This document shows, one piece after another, positions 1 through 8,192 of a stretch of 11,493 nt of DNA. The position numbers and the translations under genes are program-made. The stretch comes from Oligoflexales bacterium (GTDB lineage: Bacteria > Bdellovibrionota_B > Oligoflexia > Oligoflexales > Bog-1112), in the NCBI GenBank assembly GCA_045105515.1, contig JBGCDR010000430.1:1-11493 (forward strand). The letters are read 5' to 3'. Under the pieces are notes generated by a model, which was not told the origin of the DNA, did not search any database, and saw only the letters and a list, made by a program, of their open reading frames with translations. Every line of letters begins with the position of its first letter. Positions within the stretch are counted from its first letter, which is position 1.

Positions 1-4
1 AAAT

Positions 5-140
5 GCTGCTAATGCATTATAAAAAAAACCGTTCGAAACTACAAAAATGTTGTTGGATAAGCATTTTTTTCAGAATTAATTTGTCTCTATTCTGAATCTA
101 TGAGTCAGGAGGCTTAAATGTGGTTTGTCCAAACTAGAAA
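5..140. repeat. Left copy of a 136-bp perfect inverted repeat; probable end of a multicopy IS-like element truncated by the window edge
   Basis: 5..140 is the exact reverse complement of 11358..11493, and identity stops after ...GTCCAAACTAGAAA. Internal palindromes are TTCAGAAT/ATTCTGAA (69-76/89-96) and GTTTG-TC-CAAAC (123-134). CTAG lies at 134-137. No transposase is visible, so the element type is inferred. Confidence 0.9.
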
Positions 141-359
141 AGTTTAATATCATAAACACATGTTGAATTAAAATCCATTTTGTAGCCCAGTTTTTATCAG
201 AGATATTTCCATATTTATTTATCTCAAAATCCTTATTTAGTAAGCTCATAAAAATAGTGATTCATAATTTACAGCTATAATTTTTAACACAAAGACCACC
301 TTGTAATCAGACTAAAACAACCCTATTCTAAGACGGCATTCACCATGAGGAGGCATACA

Positions 360-1754
360 GTGATCGATCAGAAACACATAGAGTATTTTCGTAGCATTTT
401 AACAGCTGACTTAGTAAAGAATGACCCCCAGTCTCTGGAATCGTACGGACGAGATTGGACTAAAAAGTATGAGCCCCAAGCCTCAGTTGTCGTTTTCCCA
501 AAATCAACTACGCAGGTCGCAAAAATCCTATCTTACTGTTCAAAAGAGAAGCTAGCACTAGTACCAAGTGGCGGGCGTACAGGTTTAGCTGGCGGCGCGG
601 TAGCTTTAGCTGGTGAAGTGGTTGTCTCCTTAGAAAAAATGAACAAAATTTTAGATATAGATACCATTAATCTAACAATCAAGACCGAAGCCGGTGTAAC
701 CTTGCAAACACTTCAAGAAGCAGCAAAAACAAATGACTTATTCTTCCCACTAGATTTGGCAGCAAAAGGTTCTTGTCACATAGGTGGAAATATTGCAACC
801 AATGCCGGAGGGCTTAAGTTTATTAGATTTGGTGGAGCGAGGGAACAGGTTCTAGGATTGACAGTGGTTCTTGCTGATGGAAGTATTCTGGATCTGGACA
901 GTAAAGTACGTAAGGACAACACTGGCTACGATCTAAAACAATGGTTCATTGGCAGTGAAGGAACCTTGGGTATTATAACTGAAGCCAGCCTTAAACTAAG
1001 TCCAAAGCCCCAATCAACTCAGTTGTGCTTTCTAGCCTTAAACTCATGTGATGACATACTAGCCATCGTAAGCACATGTCACAAGCAACAGATTTCAATC
1101 ACAGCCTGTGAATACTTTGGCACTGAAGCTCTGAATCTCGTATTAGATCAATTTAAGCAAATGCAAAACCCATTTGAAAGTAGCTATCCATTCTACCTTC
1201 TTCTAGAAGTTGAAGGGAGTAACGAGGCCATGATTGAGTCTTTTCTCGAGCCTATGTTTAACCAAGGATATATTTTGGATGCGATAATCCCTCAATCCTC
1301 TGCACAGGTAAATGAGATATGGGCGATCAGAGAAAATATCCCAGAAGCTTTATTTAGCAGCGGCCCTTTGCGAAAAAATGATATTAGCATTCCAATCTCT
1401 AGTTTAGCCAAATTTGAGATTGCTCTCCAGGAGTGCTTCGCCAAAGCTGCACTTCCCGTAAAAATGATCAGTTTTGGGCATGTGGGAGATGGTAACCTTC
1501 ACATAAACTATTTAGGTTCTAACAATATCAGCCAAAAAGAATTTTACAAACAGACTGACGACTTGGAAAAAGCTGTTTACCAGCTTGTAAAATCTTTCAA
1601 TGGGAGTATCAGCGCGGAACATGGTATTGGGATTTTGAAAAAGAATGACCTTTCATTTAGGAGATCATCATTGGAGCTAGAATTAATGCGAAAGATAAAA
1701 TCTATTTTCGATCCAGACAGCATACTAAATCCTGGAAAACTGTTTGATCGGTAA
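360..1754 (+). CDS. FAD-binding oxidoreductase/transferase type 4, D-2-hydroxyacid (D-2-hydroxyglutarate/D-lactate, GlcD-like) dehydrogenase family
   Basis: Motifs PSGGRTGLAGG, IGGNIATNAGG, KDNTGYDL, IGSEGTLGIIT, FGHVGDGNLH, SAEHGIG and DPDSILNPGK. The ORF track starts at ATG 345, but AGGAGG (348-353) sits 6 nt before the in-frame GTG at 360, which is the more likely start. Confidence 0.93.
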   Translation: MIDQKHIEYFRSILTADLVKNDPQSLESYGRDWTKKYEPQASVVVFPKSTTQVAKILSYCSKEKLALVPSGGRTGLAGGAVALAGEVVVSLEKMNKILDIDTINLTIKTEAGVTLQTLQEAAKTNDLFFPLDLAAKGSCHIGGNIATNAGGLKFIRFGGAREQVLGLTVVLADGSILDLDSKVRKDNTGYDLKQWFIGSEGTLGIITEASLKLSPKPQSTQLCFLALNSCDDILAIVSTCHKQQISITACEYFGTEALNLVLDQFKQMQNPFESSYPFYLLLEVEGSNEAMIESFLEPMFNQGYILDAIIPQSSAQVNEIWAIRENIPEALFSSGPLRKNDISIPISSLAKFEIALQECFAKAALPVKMISFGHVGDGNLHINYLGSNNISQKEFYKQTDDLEKAVYQLVKSFNGSISAEHGIGILKKNDLSFRRSSLELELMRKIKSIFDPDSILNPGKLFDR

Positions 1755-1968
1755 CAATGCTATCACTTTAAAATATAGTAATTGCCTGCCGTTTGATTCT
1801 CATGCACATATTCTTTAATCTGAAACCCTTGAATCATCAACGCTTATTGGGCCTAAGTGAAAAATCTTTCTTTTGTACTTGAGAAAGAAATTTTATTTTT
1901 CAAAGATTGGACTATAAACTTTAGATAGGGGATAAGCCAGACAAAAAAAATAGTGAGGACAAACACTC

Positions 1969-3168
1969 ATGGATATAAAACGAACTGCTTCAAAAACTGA
2001 AGCCAAAGCGGGGCAGCAGCCTTTTGAAAAAACTCAATCCTCTTTCTTAAGAGTGATACACGCTGATCGAGAACTTATACCAAAGTACTGGTCAGGTGAA
2101 AACTACCTGGATAAGCAGAAGCTTACCATCAATCTGGAGAGTTTTAGTAAAACCTTAAAGCAAGAGATCACAAAGAGCGCAGATTCTTCTGGTTCTCTTC
2201 GCCTCAACGCTACGAATGTTACTTATCTGAAATTACGAAGTAAAATGCAAGATTTATTCGCTAGGTATGGAATTGTTTTATTAAGAGGCAATCATACTAT
2301 GCAAAGTTATGAAGAAATGACCTCACTTGTAGGAATTTTGTTACCAGATTCAATGAACTATGAAGGGGGTTCAAACTATCGGGGAAAGTTAGACAAAAAC
2401 GTCTACGACACCGGTGCTCCAAGTTATGCAAACTTGCACTACCACCATGAAATGGCATATGTTAGAGAGTCCCCAAAAAACCTTAGCTTTTTATGCTTAG
2501 AAACTTCCCCTCGAGCTGAAGTAGGAGCGACCTTTGTTTCAGACAATGAAAGTGCAACCGAATGGCTTCTTACTAGGCCCCTCGGAAAGAAATTGAAAGA
2601 AAAGGGCTTGTGCTATGTTCGTAAGCTCCCTGACATCGAACATTTTGACAATAAAGATCCGAGCATGGTCTATAATTTCTGGCAAACTTCATTTCAAAGT
2701 AACGATCCTGAGGAAGCCACTGAATTAGCAAAAAGCAAAGGACTTCAGGTGGAATGGGAAGATAGTCCTTTATATGGTAGATATATGATAACTAAGTTCT
2801 ATACCTCAGCATTTGAATACTGTCCTTATACCAAAAAAAATCTCCTATTTGCTTCGGTTGCAGATGACTCTTTATGGTTTGATAGCTGGCCCGGACTCAT
2901 GAACCTTGAACATAATGACAGGCCTTTGAAGCTAAATTTTGGCGATGATGAAGAGATGACTAAAAAAGAAAAATCTGACTTTATTGAAGCCTACGATAAA
3001 TTTGGCACTCCCCTGTTTTGGGAAAAGGGGGATATAGCTATTGTTTGTAATTATCGATTTGCCCATGGTAGGCCAAGCTATTCTCTGCTTCCAGGCGAAA
3101 ATCGTGAATTAGGAGTTGTCCTTGGGCATACCTTTAAGCGGGAAGGTTGGCGAAAGGACGCTTGGTAA
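1969..3168 (+). CDS. TauD/TfdA-family Fe(II)/2-oxoglutarate-dependent dioxygenase, substrate unknown
   Basis: HxE iron motif in LHYHHEMAY, distal His in WEKGDIAIVCNYRFAHGRP, and the family-typical YGIVLLRG segment. GAGG lies upstream of the ATG. Confidence 0.88.
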   Translation: MDIKRTASKTEAKAGQQPFEKTQSSFLRVIHADRELIPKYWSGENYLDKQKLTINLESFSKTLKQEITKSADSSGSLRLNATNVTYLKLRSKMQDLFARYGIVLLRGNHTMQSYEEMTSLVGILLPDSMNYEGGSNYRGKLDKNVYDTGAPSYANLHYHHEMAYVRESPKNLSFLCLETSPRAEVGATFVSDNESATEWLLTRPLGKKLKEKGLCYVRKLPDIEHFDNKDPSMVYNFWQTSFQSNDPEEATELAKSKGLQVEWEDSPLYGRYMITKFYTSAFEYCPYTKKNLLFASVADDSLWFDSWPGLMNLEHNDRPLKLNFGDDEEMTKKEKSDFIEAYDKFGTPLFWEKGDIAIVCNYRFAHGRPSYSLLPGENRELGVVLGHTFKREGWRKDAW

Positions 3169-3215
3169 GTCGGTCTTGCTACCGAGTGAGTTTTCCAAAA
3201 CAGACTCACCCGACT
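3168..3215. terminator. Stem-loop between convergent genes, possible bidirectional terminator
   Basis: AGTCGG/CCGACT (3168-3173/3210-3215) and GTGAGT/ACTCAC (3186-3191/3204-3209) lie in the 56-bp gap between convergent stop codons. There is no clean U-tract. Confidence 0.4.
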
Positions 3216-3224
3216 ATAAAATTT

Positions 3225-4793
3225 TCACTTTACCAAGCCATGTAATACTTGGATTGCAGATGTTTTCTCGTACTGCTCGAACGAATGACCAGTTATTAAT
3301 TTTTGAACAGCTTTTAACTGATAAGTATCAAATTTTGCTCTTAAATGATGTTTTTTATCCTTAGCCATAGCTTTCAAATCATTTACCGACCAATCGATAC
3401 CAGCTAGAATATGCTCAATATCAATATCAACATAGCCCATTAGCTTTATTAACTGATCTTTTTGGAATTTAACTAAAGACTCAGACTCACCAATATCTAT
3501 CCAATCAGCACCATTATGATGAAATAAGCCATCAGGTCTAGGGATAATAATAACGCCTTTTTCAACTCTGCTCTCTTGAAGGGTATTTTCAGCCTGAAAA
3601 ACATCGTCAGATTGACTAAACCAATTTGCACCTTCAAAATACGAAATCCGCGGTTTTGATTTTTTAGTTTCTAGTCCCAAGACTGGTGCTGGAGCAACGC
3701 TCATGATTGGCCTTAACTCGACATCCGAGTATTCAAACTGAATCGATATAGGTAAATTATGATCAGTAAAAGAAATACCTGAAACTTCCGTAGATTCACC
3801 AGGCGCAAACGCCGGAAGCTCATTCATGTCAAGCTCAACAAAAAAGTAGAGATTTATATCCCCTCTGTCTCTTCCAGGTACCGGGATGACCGAACGTAAT
3901 GTTAGCTTATCAAAATCTTTAAGCTTTGCCTCTTCATGAAGCTCGGAGAAAAAGGCGCTCCAATAGTTGTCATCGCTACATCTTCCTGAGGGTAAAGATG
4001 AAAATACCTGTGGAAATCCAAAAGTATTTGCGGATTCATTATGCATGACAACAAAAATCTTCTCACTTTGTTTATCAAACAAAATTACGTTTATTCCAAC
4101 TACTTGGTTTGGTACGTTGCCATCTTTATTATGATGTCTAAATTTATCGATAGCATCTAGGAGCTCGTCAAATTGCTCTTTTTCTGCCGGTAGTACTGTC
4201 TGCTTATAATAAGCTCCTTCTCTATTGTCACTTAAATACCCCATACCTTCATCATCTTTTAGGGAAGGGGCAAAGATAAAATTATTTCTCGCAAATTGCT
4301 CTACAGATTTCTTGTGAAATTCTTTATCAAACTGTAAACTTTGTCGTTCTTGATACAAATGACCCACCAAATCTTTGTGGTAGGTATCTGATGGATTATC
4401 TTTAAAGAAAGGTAAAACACCCGTCGTCAGCACCTGACTATACCAAGGAGAAAGCCCAATGGAAGAATCTATATTTTTTATAAAAGCTGGATGAAAAAGA
4501 GAGTTCACCTCTCTACTTCGTAAATCATATTCTGCTTGACTGAGTTCATTCTTAGCCAAAGAACGTCGATAGCTTTTAATTTTATCATCTATCTCTTTTT
4601 TCTTTACTTCTTCAAAGCGCTGAAAGTAGTCTTTTCCTTCGAGGCGCCGCTCTGACCCAAATTTAAAATGCAAGTTTCCAAGCCAAATGGGTACTTCATC
4701 ACCCTTAAACTTCACACTTTGTTTTGGCTCGGCTTGCACAACTCCCATAATATATAGTGCCGCTACGCAGCTAATCTTGGTAAAATAATGCAT
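3225..4793 (-). CDS. Exported 522-aa protein with a central degenerate Nudix-like domain
   Basis: Signal peptide MHYFTKISCVAALYIMGVVQA|E and AGGAG RBS (4798-4802). The segment VVGINVILFDKQSEKIFVVMH resembles the Nudix N-terminal strands. It is followed by FSSLPSGRCSDDNYWSAFFSELHEEAKL (box at 3921-3986) and INLYFFVEL. Confidence 0.65.
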   Translation of the reverse strand: MHYFTKISCVAALYIMGVVQAEPKQSVKFKGDEVPIWLGNLHFKFGSERRLEGKDYFQRFEEVKKKEIDDKIKSYRRSLAKNELSQAEYDLRSREVNSLFHPAFIKNIDSSIGLSPWYSQVLTTGVLPFFKDNPSDTYHKDLVGHLYQERQSLQFDKEFHKKSVEQFARNNFIFAPSLKDDEGMGYLSDNREGAYYKQTVLPAEKEQFDELLDAIDKFRHHNKDGNVPNQVVGINVILFDKQSEKIFVVMHNESANTFGFPQVFSSLPSGRCSDDNYWSAFFSELHEEAKLKDFDKLTLRSVIPVPGRDRGDINLYFFVELDMNELPAFAPGESTEVSGISFTDHNLPISIQFEYSDVELRPIMSVAPAPVLGLETKKSKPRISYFEGANWFSQSDDVFQAENTLQESRVEKGVIIIPRPDGLFHHNGADWIDIGESESLVKFQKDQLIKLMGYVDIDIEHILAGIDWSVNDLKAMAKDKKHHLRAKFDTYQLKAVQKLITGHSFEQYEKTSAIQVLHGLVK

Positions 4794-4851
4794 GTTACTC
4801 CTAAAAAAGATTAAAGATGGTTACCATTGATAGAAATATAAGTCAATGTTT

Positions 4852-4942
4852 CCCGTCATCCCCAAAGCCTTTCTTAGAAAGGCTTAATAGGATATCCCTA
4901 AGCATATTGGGCAATTAAGGAGATCCCCTGGATCTAACGACA
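4852..4942. repeat. REP-like palindromic intergenic element, copy A
   Basis: Perfect 10-bp inverted repeat AAGCCTTTCT-T-AGAAAGGCTT (4865-4885), preceded by CCCGTCATCCCC and ending in TAACGACA (4935-4942). Same layout as 6187..6300. Confidence 0.65.
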
Positions 4943-5803
4943 CTAAATAGCTAAATAGTTTGTTTTTACTTTTTCATAGAGATCAAGCAGTGCATCAGTA
5001 GTATCAATATCGTTAACTTTCCATTTATCGAAAATATTAGATTTAATTTTTCCCAGCTTACCACTTTCAGAATTCAGCCAATACAAAAAGTATTTGCCAT
5101 TGGAATTAGGGGCATTTTCGAAATTTTCCACATGCTTCTTCGAATCGTCACCAAAAAATATCAAGTCATAGTCAGAAAAACGGCTTTCAGCTACCTCTAC
5201 TTTACTTTGCAGTCCACAAAAGATTACATTATCAATAGGAATCAATGAAATAAGACCAGCGTCCGTTAGATTCAATTCTGTAAGTTTTCTTTGTAGATCC
5301 TCTGCTCTAGATGTCAAAATCCGAAATTCAATCCCCATTTCTTCAAGCTTCTCAAGCATAGTTATTGTCTCTAAATCCAACACAGTGAATTCGGGTGACA
5401 TGTATCTTAACGCAGTAAATAACCAAAAAACAAATTCTCGATCGTTTTTTACATTTCCTAGTTCTTGCTCAGTAATTTCGGCTAAATCTTGAGCAATTCT
5501 CTTTTTCGCATCATCGCTAAATAAGCTTTGCGAATAAGCACATTTATCTTGTTTTTTGGCTGTCGCATAATGAATGTTATACAATGCTTCGGGAAAGTCT
5601 TGATATGTTCCCAAAAAATCATCCAAATCTAACAAGACCATTGTTTTTTTTCCGATAAATTCCTTTTTACTTGTCTTAGCAATAACATCTTGCAGCATAA
5701 CTGCAGCTGAATTAATTTGAACTTTTTCTGCATAAGCAAAGGATGTTAAGCCTAGGTTAAACAACAAAAATAAAGCTACATTCTTAACTGAAAGTTTGTA
5801 CAT
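4943..5803 (-). CDS. Exported HAD-superfamily phosphatase-like protein (DUF2608-like layout)
   Basis: HAD motif I VLLDLDDFLG (DLDD at 5618-5629), motif II ILTSR, motif III Lys in QSKVE and motif IV FFGDDSKKHV. Signal peptide MYKLSVKNVALFLLFNLGLTSFAYA|E. Start moved from 5842 to ATG 5803 because GGAG (5811-5814) is 7 nt upstream and exposes the signal peptide. Confidence 0.75.
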   Translation of the reverse strand: MYKLSVKNVALFLLFNLGLTSFAYAEKVQINSAAVMLQDVIAKTSKKEFIGKKTMVLLDLDDFLGTYQDFPEALYNIHYATAKKQDKCAYSQSLFSDDAKKRIAQDLAEITEQELGNVKNDREFVFWLFTALRYMSPEFTVLDLETITMLEKLEEMGIEFRILTSRAEDLQRKLTELNLTDAGLISLIPIDNVIFCGLQSKVEVAESRFSDYDLIFFGDDSKKHVENFENAPNSNGKYFLYWLNSESGKLGKIKSNIFDKWKVNDIDTTDALLDLYEKVKTNYLAI

Positions 5804-6186
5804 TTTTAGACTCCAAAAAAAACTAAGAGGAAACAAGGACAAATGGTAGCCTGATATTTTTGATTAGCAACCATTTTTAATTTTTAAGATAAAATTAAAT
5901 CAACTGTTTAAAAAACACTCATCCGAGGAATGCAGGCATCATATAGCCTAGAGAGATTCATACCTATAAAACTGTGGAAAACTCAGATAAGATATTAGAA
6001 CTGCCTGTTGAGATGATTCTTCAAAAGAATTCAGTAGGTATTTAACTAATATTACTTTGAACTAAAAGATAAAAACCGATAATACAATTAGTAAAAAAAT
6101 CGTATTATTTACGGATCTGCAAAAAATTGGAAAGGAAAAAAAAAGGCTAACTAAAAAAAGACTAAGCCAAATCCGAAATTCATATT

Positions 6187-6300
6187 CCCCATCAACTCAA
6201 AAGCCTTTTCTAAGAAAGGCTTGTACGAGAGTCTCCTTCAGGCAAATGCGTAAAATGAGAGAAATGCCCAGACGTCTCTTCGGGACTGGGCATAACGACA
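6187..6300. repeat. REP-like palindromic intergenic element, copy B
   Basis: AAGCCTTT/AAAGGCTT hairpin (6201-6222), a second hairpin ATGCCCAG/CTGGGCAT (6264-6271/6286-6293) enclosing CTTCGG, and the ending TAACGACA shared with copy A. Confidence 0.65.
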
Positions 6301-6331
6301 TGTTCATTTCTTTTTAATTTCGGTTCTGGTG

Positions 6332-6470
6332 ACTAAGCTATGGCCCAGGAAGAGAGGTCCAATTGGAGATAGTAAAAAGGATTTTTGGTCCGAAGGTAAG
6401 ATTAATTAAATATGAAAGCTCCTAGATACTTGTCAAGTATAGGACCTCTCTTCCTGGGCCAAGGCCTAGT
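6332..6470. mobile_element. MITE-like element of about 139 bp with terminal inverted repeats
   Basis: Perfect 20-bp IR TGGCCCAGGAAGAGAGGTCC (6341-6360) / GGACCTCTCTTCCTGGGCCA (6442-6461), extendable to 29 bp with 3 mismatches. The 81-bp interior is non-coding. Outer ends contain CTAA and CTAG. Confidence 0.55.
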
Positions 6471-7532
6471 TTAGTCCATTGCAATAGTACTAAGTTCAGG
6501 ATAGATTTGCTTAACTGCATCCAATATTAGTGGATTTTTGAAGCTGTTAAATCTGCCATCGTTATCAAATCTTAGAAATCTTTCACCTCTTTCAACCTTT
6601 GTATCAATTTGGGCCCAAAGTCCTGCAACTGAATCAAAATCTCCACGAATTCTTGGTAGTCTGACTTTCTTCTGAAATTTTTTATCAATTTCTTTCTTGA
6701 TAGATTTTATTTCTTTCTTAACATTTTTATCAGTCGAATCAATATCAAGACCCTTTTCTCCTAAGACCACCTGCAGTTTTTGATCAGCTTTTTCTTTTTC
6801 ACCTGCTGGAAAAAATTTTAAGTCCATGGACCAGAACTGCTGATGATCTGGAAGCTCTGTATTTGCAAATTCATCAAAATCACGCTGTTTGCACTCAACA
6901 AAAAAGAATAAAATCTTCTTGTCTGCATCGTAATCGTAACCTCTTAAATTAAAATTTTCACTCATTTGAAAATTAGACTCTTCATACCATTCATTGAGCA
7001 TGGCATTTAAAGGCGTTGTACCTTCATCAACCCTTCCACCTGCTGTTGACCAAAAATCTTGATCAAATCCGTACGCTTCTCCCGGTTCCTTATGCTGATG
7101 AATAAACATCTTAGTACCGCTTGAATCTTTCGCGAGCGGAATAATGACTACACTACCAGCATTAGGAAGGTTTAGTTCGGCTTCTGTTAACTCTGCTCCA
7201 TTTTGGGACATAACGAATTCGTGTTGGAGGTCATCCGTGTCAATATACCCTATCTTACCACTAGGCATCTCTGGAAGAAATCTTTGATTTGAACTACTAA
7301 TGAACAAATCAAATGCTTTAGAACGAATTGAAGATTCAAACCTCTTATGGGCGTAAACCTCGGACCTAAAGTCGACAGTGTCACCTATTCCATCGTGATA
7401 AGCTCTTCCTAGAGGAGGGGTCTTCGTGTCTTGCTCAGAAAAATTAATGTCGAGGGGAACATATTGAGCTAGAGCCTGGCTTCCCAATAAACAAGCTAAC
7501 AAGTTACTGCATAAAATACGAGAAAGTTTCAT
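6471..7532 (-). CDS. Exported 353-aa Nudix-fold protein with an atypical Nudix box
   Basis: Signal peptide MKLSRILCSNLLACLLGSQALA|Q and GGAG RBS (7539-7542). NAGSVVIIPL...MFIHQHK is followed by WSTAGGRVDEGTTPLNAMLNEWYEESNF (box at 6969-7037, canonical 23-residue spacing) and ILFFFVEC. Confidence 0.78.
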   Translation of the reverse strand: MKLSRILCSNLLACLLGSQALAQYVPLDINFSEQDTKTPPLGRAYHDGIGDTVDFRSEVYAHKRFESSIRSKAFDLFISSSNQRFLPEMPSGKIGYIDTDDLQHEFVMSQNGAELTEAELNLPNAGSVVIIPLAKDSSGTKMFIHQHKEPGEAYGFDQDFWSTAGGRVDEGTTPLNAMLNEWYEESNFQMSENFNLRGYDYDADKKILFFFVECKQRDFDEFANTELPDHQQFWSMDLKFFPAGEKEKADQKLQVVLGEKGLDIDSTDKNVKKEIKSIKKEIDKKFQKKVRLPRIRGDFDSVAGLWAQIDTKVERGERFLRFDNDGRFNSFKNPLILDAVKQIYPELSTIAMD

Positions 7533-7601
7533 TTGAATCTCCGATCAAACAAGGTTGTTGTTAACACCGGAGAACTTACTGAAATTACATGATTAAATGG
7601 C

Positions 7602-7619
7602 ATACCCCCCAAGGGGTAT
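7602..7619. promoter_or_regulatory. Palindromic operator candidate (NarL-type 7-2-7 or CsoR-like)
   Basis: ATACCCC-CCAA-GGGGTAT, 70 bp upstream of the 7532 start, GC-rich in an AT-rich spacer. Confidence 0.5.
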
Positions 7620-8192
7620 TTGGTGATTAGACAAGTTAGAAATGGTTCAATTATTTAGAGGAATTTAAATTGCTAATTATTTAAACAGGCAGGGCAGTGA
7701 TCTAATATTGTAGTCTACGACAATAATACATTCCTTAAAAGCCTTCTCTAATTTGACGACTGAAAAATATCCTCACTCACTGACCTGGTTTTGCTTTTTT
7801 TTGAATATAGAATATTTTTTAATTTATGCCATAGGCTCATTCAAAAATGTTCTGTTTTTCGTAAGATTTATAGAATAAAATTTCAATTACTAATAATGAA
7901 TATTTAGGACCTAAATAAAGGTAGTTTATCCAAAATAGACAATAAGTGTATAATTCACAGCTACGAGCTAGTTGATAGCTCCCATTCCTGGATATTTGGA
8001 CGGGATAAACCCAAACTGACTTTTAAGGCCAGTCCTGACAAGGTATCTACTTAAATCTAACCCTGTAAAACATCAACAATATCGCTATAATATAAAGCTG
8101 ATATACTCAGAAAAATTGTGCTTGTAACTGACCTCTAAATTTAGTATGACTTGTGGGCTAAGATCTCCAAGAATTATAATTTATAGGGTATA

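Noticed and set aside
76..249. 57-aa minus-strand ORF (MSLLNKDFEINKYG...) running into the left repeat. Joining it at CTAG to the right junction would be in frame with the kinase remnant.
   Set aside because: It has no RBS, the join would still lack an H-box, and inverted repeats do not support such a circularisation. The frame match is a one-in-three coincidence. It could still be the start of another interrupted gene.
3116..3364. 82-aa plus-strand ORF
   Set aside because: Overlaps the 3' ends of two better-supported genes and has no motif.
4932..4938. ATCTAAC / GTTAGAT resembling an integron attC core site, suggesting a cassette array
   Set aside because: It is in the wrong order relative to the upstream gene, has no matching partner box, the second copy does not fit RYYYAAC, and there is no integrase in the window.
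4865..6222. Palindromic repeats as a CRISPR array
   Set aside because: Only two diverged copies 1.3 kb apart, with no regular spacers and no cas genes.
6066..6317. Stop-free plus-strand frame of about 80 codons crossing repeat copy B
   Set aside because: No start codon or RBS near its beginning, and the Lys richness simply reflects A-tracts.
7737..7751. AAAAGCCTTCTCTAA, 14/15 match to half of the REP-like hairpin
   Set aside because: The second arm and flanking motifs are missing, so chance cannot be excluded.
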